A stretch of DNA of 59,270 nt from the NCBI GenBank assembly GCA_036481315.1, contig JAZGHS010000123.1:1-59270 (forward strand), read 5' to 3'. Positions 17,749 through 25,822 of this stretch are shown piece by piece. The stretch's first letter is position 1, and each line of letters begins with the position of its first letter. The position numbers were made by a program, and so were the translations under genes. The notes under the pieces were generated by a model. That model ran no database searches. It saw only the letters and a list, made by a program, of their open reading frames with translations, and was not told where the DNA came from. The DNA is from Candidatus Zixiibacteriota bacterium (GTDB lineage: Bacteria > Zixibacteria > MSB-5A5 > UBA10806).

Positions 17749-18882
17749 ATGATGGATATTAGCATTGCCAGAGAAGAATATCATTACGAAAACAGGGTTG
17801 CCCTGACACCGGCGGCGGTAAAATCGTTGGTTACCGGGGGACACGACGTTTTCGTGGAAACGAACGCCGGATCGGGGGCGGGTTTTGCCGACGATCAATA
17901 TTTAAATGTCGGCGGAAGGATTGTTTATTCCAAGGACGAGGCTTTCATGAGGGGAAATATTGTCTTGAAGATTTTCCCGCCGACCCTTGAAGAGTACCAA
18001 CTGTTATCCGGTGAACAGACTATAATCTCCTTTCAACATTTGGTAACCGCCAGGAAAGAGGGGCTGGAGATATTGTTGGAGAAACGTATCAACGCAATAG
18101 GGCTTGAGGTTATAGAGGATTCCCACGGGAATCTCCCGGTTTTAATACCGATGTCGGAGTTGGCTGGCCAGATGGCGGTCTCGATTGCCAGCTATTACCT
18201 CTCGAATATCGGAGGAGGACGAGGCATATTACTCGGTGGCGGGGCCGGTATGCCACCGGCCACGGTGGTAGTACTGGGAGCCGGAATAGTCGGCCTTAAC
18301 GCGGTTCGTAACGCTAAAGGGATCGGCTGTAATGTCGTTCTGCTCGACGATAACCTGGAGCGGTTACGTTACGCCAATGAAATGTTCGGCAAACAACTGG
18401 TTACCTATCTGCCGTTTGAATACAATATCGAAAAGGTGGTTCCTTTCGCCGACGTTATCATCGGGGCGGTTTTGATTCACGGTGAGAAAACGCCGAAACT
18501 TGTGACCAAAGAGATGGTTCAGAAAATGAAACCGGGTTCGGTGATAATCGATGTCTCTATCGATCAGGGCGGTTGTATAGAAACGTCGCGGCCCACTACC
18601 TGGGCATCGCCCGCGTATACCGAATGCGGCGTAACCCATTTCTGTGTACCGAATATGCCGTCGAATGTGGGACGTACCGCCACCTACGCTCTATCGAATG
18701 CTATGCTTCCTTACATCCTGGAGATAGCTAACAAAGGTCTGAAGGCCGCGCTTGGCGACGATTCCGGGCTGGCCAGGGGCGTTTATACTTTCAACGGAGC
18801 GGTTACCAACAAAGCCGTCGCGAATAAATTCGAAATGCCACATGTCGAGTTGGCGAACGTCCTGGAAGGCGGCAGGGCATGA
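17749..18882 (+). CDS. ald: Alanine dehydrogenase
   Basis: ENRVALTPAAVKSLV..GH.V.VE..AG.G.GF.D..Y, PMSELAGQMAV, VVVLGAGIVGLNA (Rossmann fold), IGAVLIHGEKTPKLVT and IDVSIDQGGC. I chose the ATG at 17749 behind AAGGAGA rather than the track start at 17722. Confidence 0.9.
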   Translation: MMDISIAREEYHYENRVALTPAAVKSLVTGGHDVFVETNAGSGAGFADDQYLNVGGRIVYSKDEAFMRGNIVLKIFPPTLEEYQLLSGEQTIISFQHLVTARKEGLEILLEKRINAIGLEVIEDSHGNLPVLIPMSELAGQMAVSIASYYLSNIGGGRGILLGGGAGMPPATVVVLGAGIVGLNAVRNAKGIGCNVVLLDDNLERLRYANEMFGKQLVTYLPFEYNIEKVVPFADVIIGAVLIHGEKTPKLVTKEMVQKMKPGSVIIDVSIDQGGCIETSRPTTWASPAYTECGVTHFCVPNMPSNVGRTATYALSNAMLPYILEIANKGLKAALGDDSGLARGVYTFNGAVTNKAVANKFEMPHVELANVLEGGRA

Positions 18883-20177
18883 ACTGGATCGACGAGTATC
18901 AGAAGAAAAGGGTTTCCGCCGAGGAAGCGCTCAAAATTGTCAAATCGGGCGACCGGGTTTATATCCATGCCGGTTGCGCCGAACCGGAACATCTTGTTAA
19001 GGTCCTCACGGCAAGGAAAGACGAACTCGAGAACGTCGAAATAGTCCACCTTCTGACTGTTGGCGCTGCCGATTACGCCAGTCCCGAGATGGCCGGACAT
19101 TTTCGCCATCGCTCATTCTTCACGGGCAAGAATGTGAGGGAAGCGGTAAACCAGGGACGAGCCGATCAGACTCATATTTTTCTGGGTGAGGCGGAGGAGC
19201 TTTTTACCAGCGGACAGCTTCCAATCGATGTCGCTCTGATTCACTGCTCCCCGCCCGACGAACATGGATTTTTATCCTTCGGGGTGGGGGTGGAGATAAC
19301 AAAATCGGCCACAAGTGCGGCTAAATGCGTCATCGTCCAGGTAAACCCGGAGATGCCCCGAATCCTGGGAGATAATTTTATTCATGTTAAGAAAATCGAT
19401 TATCTCGTAGAGCATTCCCAGCCGATACTGGAGCTTCCTCAGGGCCAGCCGGATGAAACGTCGCGGGCAATTGGACAGCATATCGCCGAGTTGATAGAGG
19501 ACGGTTCCACGTTGCAGATGGGAATCGGTTCTATCCCTGACGGCGTCCTTTTTAATATCGGTGATAAGAACGATCTCGGGGTGCATACCGAGATGTTTTC
19601 CGACGGGGTTATCGATCTGGTGGAACAGGGTGTAATAAACAACGAGAAAAAGACTCTTCATCCGGGGAAGATCGTGGCCAGTTTTATGCTCGGCACCCAG
19701 CGATGTTTCGAGTTTGCCGATAACAACCCCTTAATCGAACTGCATCCGTCGCGCTATGTAAACAACCCCTTTATAATCGCCCAGAACGATAAAATGGTGG
19801 CTATAAACTCCGCCCTCGGGGTGGATCTGACGGGACAGGTTAATTCGGATTCGTTTGGACATTATTTCTATTCCGGTATCGGCGGCCAGGTCGATTTCAT
19901 ACGGGGCGCGGCCAGGTCCAAAGGAGGCAAACCGATTATTGCCTTGCCGTCCACGGCCAAGGGAGGCTCCATATCCAGAATCGCGCATACGTTGCCCGTG
20001 GGCACCGGCGTAACAACCAGCCGCGGGGATGTTCACTGGGTGGTAACCGAATTCGGGGCGGTGAATCTGCACGGTCGATCGGTGGGCGAGAGGGCCGGGT
20101 TGCTTATCTCGATCGCTCATCCCGATTACCGAGACGAACTCGACTCTTTCGCCAGAGAGCGTAAATGGTTCGTTTGA
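18879..20177 (+). CDS. Acetyl-CoA hydrolase/transferase family protein (4-hydroxybutyrate CoA-transferase-like)
   Basis: 432 aa. N-terminus ..VSAEEALKIVKSGDRVYI..GCAEP..L, central LQMGIGSIPD..L and ..VAINSALGVDLTGQV.S...G....SGIGGQVDF.RGA. ATGA start/stop overlap with ald. Confidence 0.85.
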   Translation: MNWIDEYQKKRVSAEEALKIVKSGDRVYIHAGCAEPEHLVKVLTARKDELENVEIVHLLTVGAADYASPEMAGHFRHRSFFTGKNVREAVNQGRADQTHIFLGEAEELFTSGQLPIDVALIHCSPPDEHGFLSFGVGVEITKSATSAAKCVIVQVNPEMPRILGDNFIHVKKIDYLVEHSQPILELPQGQPDETSRAIGQHIAELIEDGSTLQMGIGSIPDGVLFNIGDKNDLGVHTEMFSDGVIDLVEQGVINNEKKTLHPGKIVASFMLGTQRCFEFADNNPLIELHPSRYVNNPFIIAQNDKMVAINSALGVDLTGQVNSDSFGHYFYSGIGGQVDFIRGAARSKGGKPIIALPSTAKGGSISRIAHTLPVGTGVTTSRGDVHWVVTEFGAVNLHGRSVGERAGLLISIAHPDYRDELDSFARERKWFV

Positions 20178-20232
20178 TTTAATTCTCGATATTTAATCAT
20201 GGGGGCCCGGATTTCCGGGCCTCTTTTTATTA
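20173..20232 (+). repeat. Left copy of a ~60-bp direct repeat (contains the CoA-transferase stop and terminator)
   Basis: TTTGATTTAATTCTCGATATT is an exact match to 22944-22964, followed by a related hairpin and T-tract. The hairpin GGCCCGG-ATTT-CCGGGCC (20204-20221) plus TTTTT forms the terminator. Confidence 0.8.
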
Positions 20233-20438
20233 TATGGCTGATACTAATTTGTCGGAAATGATGCATCAGGATATCATCCTGACGCCACACTCCTTACTTT
20301 CACCTTTACAAACGTGGAGAAACCGCTATATTTGTTAACGCTGAGGCTTTATTAGAGTAGTAGGTCGGGTTCCGAATGAGTGAAACGAATGAGAAACCCG
20401 ACACCCTGTTTTAATAGGAGCTTAGCCGAGGGACTGGC

Positions 20439-21359
20439 ATGAAAAAGGTTATAATAATAGCGATAATGACGATAATCGGTTTTGCGGCATCGGCGTTTGC
20501 CACCATCATCGATATCCCTGAAGACTACCCTACAATCCAGCAGGGTATCGACGCAAGCGTTGACAGCGACACGGTACTTGTCCAGCCGGGGACTTATGTG
20601 GAGAATATCAATTTCAACGGGCATAATATAGTACTGGGCTCGTTGTTTTTAACAACGGGGGATACGACGTATATCGGGCAGACAGTGATTGATGGGGATT
20701 CGGCGGGACATGTAATAGAGATAACAAGTTTTGAAGATAGTTTAACTACTATTTCAGGGTTTACCATTATAAATGGAACATTCGGCGGAATTTATATTCG
20801 CGAATCTAATGTGTCGATTCTTAATAATATAATCACCAGAAATTCCTCAGGTGGCTGGGGCGGAGGCATATTTTTATTCAATAGCTCAAATAGTAAAATA
20901 AAAAATAATATAATTACCGAAAATATTTCAGATGGTTACGATGGTGGTGCAGGCGGCGGTATCTGTTGTTGGCAATCAACGATTCAATTAGACAGCAATT
21001 TTATTTGCTACAACATAGCAGAAAAAAGGCCGTTGTATGATGGAGTTGGCGGTGGGATTTATTTAAGAAATTCTACCGTTTCGATGTTTAATAATATTAT
21101 ATCCCAAAATAAGAGTTTTGCCGGAGGGTCTGGCATTTATTGTTTAGGTTCAGACAATATTGACTCTTATTTGGATATAGTCAACTGTATATTCAGTAAC
21201 AATCATGCCCAAGGTATCTTTCTCTACCGTAACGTGACTACAATAAATAATTCTATAATATGGCTAAATGGCGGAGATGAGATTGTAAATTTTTCACAAT
21301 TAACTATTACTTATTCAGATATAGAGGGGGGGATGGGAAGGTATCGGAAATATCGATAA
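20439..21359 (+). CDS. Parallel beta-helix repeat protein, 5' fragment of a frameshifted gene
   Basis: Signal peptide plus IIDIPEDYPTIQQGIDASVDSDTVLVQPGTYVENINFNGHNIVLGSLFLTTGDTTYI, the family N-terminus. PbH1 repeats. It ends abnormally (..IEGGMGRYRKYR*) just after a G7 run, and has no T9SS tail. Confidence 0.7.
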   Translation: MKKVIIIAIMTIIGFAASAFATIIDIPEDYPTIQQGIDASVDSDTVLVQPGTYVENINFNGHNIVLGSLFLTTGDTTYIGQTVIDGDSAGHVIEITSFEDSLTTISGFTIINGTFGGIYIRESNVSILNNIITRNSSGGWGGGIFLFNSSNSKIKNNIITENISDGYDGGAGGGICCWQSTIQLDSNFICYNIAEKRPLYDGVGGGIYLRNSTVSMFNNIISQNKSFAGGSGIYCLGSDNIDSYLDIVNCIFSNNHAQGIFLYRNVTTINNSIIWLNGGDEIVNFSQLTITYSDIEGGMGRYRKYR

Positions 21360-21399
21360 TGACCCACTATTTGTTGACCCGTTACTGGGCGATTATAAT

Positions 21400-22914
21400 G
21401 TGTGCGGGTCATCGCCCGTTATAAACACCGGCGATCCATCTATAATTGATCCGGATAGTACGCGATCCGATATAGGAATATTCTATGATTATCATCCTAT
21501 CTGCCCTATCGGTGAAACAAGATATGTTTCATTATTCGGAAACGACACTACTGGAAACGGGACTATCGAATTTCCATACAGAACTATCCAAATGGGAATA
21601 AATAAAGCCCTGTATGGTGATACCGTGATCGTCGATAATGGTGTTTATAATGAGGATATAAAACTTTTTTATAAAAAATTAGTTGTAGCATCAAATTTCA
21701 TATTCACAAACAATGCTCAAGATATTGTAAATACAAAGATTATGGGTGATTCGACGTCATCGGTTGTACATTTAGAATTTTCAGATGATAACGTTGAATT
21801 AAAGGGCTTCACTATAGAAAATGGATATAGCCTATATGGAGGAGGCGTTTCTATTAACTTTTCAAATGGACAATTACGAAATTGTATTATTCAAGATAAT
21901 ATGGCAAATTTACGAGGAGGTGGAATATATTGCGGTAGATATTCATTCCCGGTAATTAAAGAGAATATAATTAAAAATAATTTTACCAGGTTTGAGGGAG
22001 GAGGGGGTATATATTGTGATCAATACTCGGGTCCTACAATTATTCAGAATATTATCGATGGAAATTTAACTAGTCTTGGCGGAGGTGGAGCTGGGATTAT
22101 GGCGGATCGGAATAGCTCGCCCAAAATCATTAATAATTTAATTATTTTCAATCGATATACAATTTATCCATACGGAAACGGAGGCGGTATTTATCTGCGA
22201 CATACTATAGATCCATTAGTAATTAACAACACTATTTTTGGAAATTACAAGGGAGAAGGGCGAGGTGGTGGGATATTTACATGGAATTCAGAATCAATAA
22301 TAAAAAATAATAACATTTGGGGTAATTTTCCAGACCCGCAACTATACATACACCCAGATGGGTTCCAAGCGGAAGTCTCTTTTTGTAATGTTCAAGGGGG
22401 TTGGCCGGGTATTGGTAATATTGATGCCGAACCCCTCTTCCGCGATACGGCTAATGGTGACTTCCACCTCATGTCCACCGCTTGCGGCGATCTCTTTGAC
22501 TCACCCTGCATCGACGCTGGCGACCCGAATATTCTGGACAGCCTGTTGGATTGCGATTGGGGCCTCGGAACGATCCTCAGCGATATGGGCGCTTACGGCG
22601 GTGGGGATTCGGTCATGGTCGCTATCGATGATTACATCGTTAACCTGCCCGCTAGATTCGCGCTTATTCAAAACTACCCCAACCCCTTCAATCCATCCAC
22701 CACCATCCGCTACAGCCTGCCCGAACAATCCGACGTTCGTATCGAGATCTATAATATCCTCGGGCAGAGAGTGGCCACGCTATTTGACGGCAACAAACAG
22801 GCCGGGTATCAAACTATCACCTGGAATGCCGAGGATTACCCATCCGGCGTTTATTTCGCCCGGCTGGAGACTGAGGGACGGTCGGAGAATATCAAAATGG
22901 TGCTGTTGAAATGA
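21400..22914 (+). CDS. Parallel beta-helix repeat protein with T9SS tail, 3' fragment of the frameshifted gene
   Basis: No signal peptide; GTG track start. The same frame is open upstream to 21334 and reads WEGIGNIDNDPLFVDP.., continuing the upstream fragment. PbH1 repeats. Tail QNYPNPFNPSTTIRYSLP..VYFARLETEGRSENIKMVLLK. Confidence 0.75.
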   Translation: MCGSSPVINTGDPSIIDPDSTRSDIGIFYDYHPICPIGETRYVSLFGNDTTGNGTIEFPYRTIQMGINKALYGDTVIVDNGVYNEDIKLFYKKLVVASNFIFTNNAQDIVNTKIMGDSTSSVVHLEFSDDNVELKGFTIENGYSLYGGGVSINFSNGQLRNCIIQDNMANLRGGGIYCGRYSFPVIKENIIKNNFTRFEGGGGIYCDQYSGPTIIQNIIDGNLTSLGGGGAGIMADRNSSPKIINNLIIFNRYTIYPYGNGGGIYLRHTIDPLVINNTIFGNYKGEGRGGGIFTWNSESIIKNNNIWGNFPDPQLYIHPDGFQAEVSFCNVQGGWPGIGNIDAEPLFRDTANGDFHLMSTACGDLFDSPCIDAGDPNILDSLLDCDWGLGTILSDMGAYGGGDSVMVAIDDYIVNLPARFALIQNYPNPFNPSTTIRYSLPEQSDVRIEIYNILGQRVATLFDGNKQAGYQTITWNAEDYPSGVYFARLETEGRSENIKMVLLK

Positions 22915-22943
22915 TCTCGCAGTAAATTGTGGCGTGTTCTTTA

Positions 22944-23006
22944 TTTGATTTAATTCTCGATATTAAAGCCTGGGGCTCTGGTTTCCGGGGCCTCTTTTTT
23001 ATAATA
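22944..23006 (+). repeat. Right copy of the ~60-bp direct repeat (with terminator-like hairpin)
   Basis: TTTGATTTAATTCTCGATATT, then GGGGCTCTGG-TTTC-CGGGGCCTC (a stem kept by three G-U pairs) and TTTTTT. Even the gttc..tttga remnant of the CoA-transferase 3' end is present. Confidence 0.75.
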
Positions 23007-23118
23007 CCGAATCGATTTGAAACATCGGATTTAATTTTGCAACAATCCCCGCCGGAAATACGGGCAGGCCGTATTCAGGGTAAATCTACGTTGACGATAC
23101 GACAATGAGGGGAGAATT

Positions 23119-23304
23119 ATGAAAAAACACAAAGATTTCGTGACCCTTGAGTTGAGCGGGCAAAAACTCGATAGCCTGGTGTTTAATCTGCGCGAAAGGC
23201 TTCTAAGCGAGTTTTGGTCTACCGTTCCCGACGGTCCCGAACGCAGGAAGATACAAACGCGACTAGAGAAGAATATCTTAGCGGCGATAGACCGTAAGGG
23301 GTAG
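23119..23304 (+). CDS. Hypothetical small protein (61 aa)
   Basis: ATG preceded by GAGGGGAG. Charged helical sequence with no recognisable motif. Confidence 0.35.
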   Translation: MKKHKDFVTLELSGQKLDSLVFNLRERLLSEFWSTVPDGPERRKIQTRLEKNILAAIDRKG

Positions 23305-23465
23305 AGCTTTTTGAAATTCGGATGTGCGTTTACCGTAAATAGCGCCATTTTGGCAAAAATTCCGCATCCGCATAAGAAATAATAATTATAGTATAGCCCC
23401 GGATTTGTTTTCGTATCACTATTATAATTAGAAAAGCTGGCAATAAAAGAAACTGTATTTTTCCC

Positions 23466-23493
23466 TTGCAATATATAGCTTTTTCTCTATAAT
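23466..23493 (+). promoter_or_regulatory. Sigma70-type promoter candidate for the S8 protease gene
   Basis: TTGCAA, 16-nt spacer, TATAAT, 66 nt upstream of the ATG at 23559. Confidence 0.5.
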
Positions 23494-23558
23494 TAAACCG
23501 GTACTTCTTTAGATTCTTTAGGGTTTGCGAGATCACAACTTAAAAACGGGAGCCGGTT

Positions 23559-25610
23559 ATGGGGAAGAAACTCATCGCAGTGGTGTTTTTGTTATCATCA
23601 CTTCTCTGGAGCAGCATGGCATTGGCCTACATTCAGGAAGACAACACCCATTATCAGGACAAGTTGTTTGACAAGGAATTTCAATTAACTCCTTCTTCCA
23701 GCGAAGTCGTAGTGAAATTTAATGACACCGCAGATTTCGACCGGTTTATAAACGAATTTAATTTCCAGGAGGCTCAAATCCTGGACAGGAAGAAAAGGAT
23801 CGGCGTATATAAAGTGCCGCCCGGCATTACTCTCGCTGAAACTATCGATCTATTGACTGCGAATCCATGGGTCGAAAAAGCGGTACCCGCTTATATAGAT
23901 CAGGAAGGTTATACCAAGTACTGCGTTCCGACCGAAGTGACCGTACGATTCAATTCCGAGGTGAAGGAATCCCGGATGCTGGAGATTATCAACGAGGTCG
24001 GATCGAATATTGTAAGGAGACAATGGACGCCGGGTTACTTTACAATTCATGCCCCGATGGATAAAGGGTATTTCGAGATCATTCGCGAATTGATTTCTTA
24101 TGATGAGGTCAAATTCTCCGAACCGTCGATTATATCTTATAACGATGAGGCCTGGACGCCCAACGATACATATTTCAATTCTCAATGGGCTTTGAGAAAT
24201 ACAGGACATGTGTATACCTGTCAATCATGTTCACCGCTTTTGGATCATGATATCGACGCTCAAACCGGGTGGGATTACGGCCGGGGAGATCCCGGAGTTG
24301 TAATCTCCATTATCGATACCGGAATGGATCTTACTCATCCCGATCTGGCCGCGAACTTACTTCCCCGTAACGGACACGATTGGGATTTCGCCGATACCGA
24401 TAATTCTCCTGATGATGAAGGAAATCACGGAACCGCCTGTTCCGGTATCGCGGCCGCTGTTGCTAACAATAATATCGGAGTGGCCGGTATCGCCAACCAA
24501 TGCAGAATCATGCCCTTACGGATAAATCTAACCTCGGGTTACAATCAGAACCGAGCCGACGCTATCAATTACGCGACATCGAGAAGGCCTGATTTCGACG
24601 GTTTGATTCTCTCAAATTCATGGATAATGTCATCGGGAGATTATTCCGCGGTTCATGACGCGATCGTAAATGCCTATGCCAACGACGTTCTTGTATGCTT
24701 CGCGGCCGGCAACTACAATAGTTCCGTGGAATATCCGGCTTTATATCCCGAGGCTATGGCTATAGCCGCCTCCAGTCCCTGTGATGAACGCAAGAGTCCG
24801 ACAAGCTGCGATGGAGAAAGCTGGGGGTCTTGCTACGGATCAGAACTTGATTGCGCCGCGCCCGGTGTGCTAATCTATACCACGGATAGACAGGGTTCCA
24901 ACGGTTACAGCTCAGGCGATTATTATAATTCATTCAACGGCACGTCGTCTGCCTGCCCGCAAGTAGCGGGAGTTGCGGGGGTTGTTTGGGCGCAGAATCC
25001 ATCGTTAACCAATGTTCAGGTAAGAAACTTGATCAACAATACCGCCGATCAGGTTGGCGGATATTATTACGATCCGGGAACCGGTAAATCGAACGAGCTT
25101 GGGCACGGGCGGGTTAGTTTATCGGCCGCGGCGGGATATTCCGGCTGTTTCCAGGATTCGATCACCGTGGTGATTATGACCGATGATTATCCTACCGAAA
25201 CATCGTGGGAGATTGTCCAGCAGGGTTTCGGCGTTGTGGGTACGGGCGAAGGTTATTACGCAGGCAACAACCTTTTTGTCGAAAGTATCTGCGTAAATCC
25301 TAACGCTTGCTACGATTTTACTATTTTCGATGAATTTAACGACGGTATTTGCTGCAGTTATGGAAACGGTTATTACGAAGTATATTATAATAATCAGTTG
25401 GTCGGTTCGGGAGGGGAATTCGGTTCTTTCGAAACTGTAGCTGATATCGGCCCGGGATGCGATGCCAGCATCCCGACCCTCTCCGAATGGGGCATGATAT
25501 TATTATCGTTGATGCTCCTGGCGCTCGGAAGCGCCGCCGCGATACGTCGACGCAGGTGCGTAGCCGTGGAAGGTAAAAGAAAAAAGGCGATTTTAGCCGA
25601 CGACCAATAA
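23559..25610 (+). CDS. Subtilisin-like (S8) serine protease with IPTL-CTERM-type sorting tail
   Basis: Signal peptide and propeptide-like region. Catalytic motifs VISIIDTGMD (Asp), GNHGTACSGIAAA (His) and FNGTSSACPQVAGVAG (Ser). C-terminus IPTLSEWGMILLSLMLLALGSAAAIRRRR. Confidence 0.9.
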   Translation: MGKKLIAVVFLLSSLLWSSMALAYIQEDNTHYQDKLFDKEFQLTPSSSEVVVKFNDTADFDRFINEFNFQEAQILDRKKRIGVYKVPPGITLAETIDLLTANPWVEKAVPAYIDQEGYTKYCVPTEVTVRFNSEVKESRMLEIINEVGSNIVRRQWTPGYFTIHAPMDKGYFEIIRELISYDEVKFSEPSIISYNDEAWTPNDTYFNSQWALRNTGHVYTCQSCSPLLDHDIDAQTGWDYGRGDPGVVISIIDTGMDLTHPDLAANLLPRNGHDWDFADTDNSPDDEGNHGTACSGIAAAVANNNIGVAGIANQCRIMPLRINLTSGYNQNRADAINYATSRRPDFDGLILSNSWIMSSGDYSAVHDAIVNAYANDVLVCFAAGNYNSSVEYPALYPEAMAIAASSPCDERKSPTSCDGESWGSCYGSELDCAAPGVLIYTTDRQGSNGYSSGDYYNSFNGTSSACPQVAGVAGVVWAQNPSLTNVQVRNLINNTADQVGGYYYDPGTGKSNELGHGRVSLSAAAGYSGCFQDSITVVIMTDDYPTETSWEIVQQGFGVVGTGEGYYAGNNLFVESICVNPNACYDFTIFDEFNDGICCSYGNGYYEVYYNNQLVGSGGEFGSFETVADIGPGCDASIPTLSEWGMILLSLMLLALGSAAAIRRRRCVAVEGKRKKAILADDQ

Positions 25611-25703
25611 AAAATAAGACATTAGTGTCTCTATTTGTGTGTCGTGTAACGGTTTACTCTCTAGACAGTTCAAGGTCTAATCAGCTCAATCCTTTTTAAA
25701 GAG

Positions 25704-25732
25704 TTGACAATCTACTTGCCATATTCTATAAT
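25704..25732 (+). promoter_or_regulatory. Consensus sigma70-type promoter candidate
   Basis: TTGACA (25704-25709), 17-nt spacer, TATAAT (25727-25732), about 90 nt upstream of the start at 25823. Confidence 0.55.
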
Positions 25733-25822
25733 GATATTGGAATCTGCTTTGATTAGCATCTTGGGGATCTTAAGCAACATAATCTGTACAAATTGAAAAC
25801 AATTCTTTAATAGGAGGAAGAT

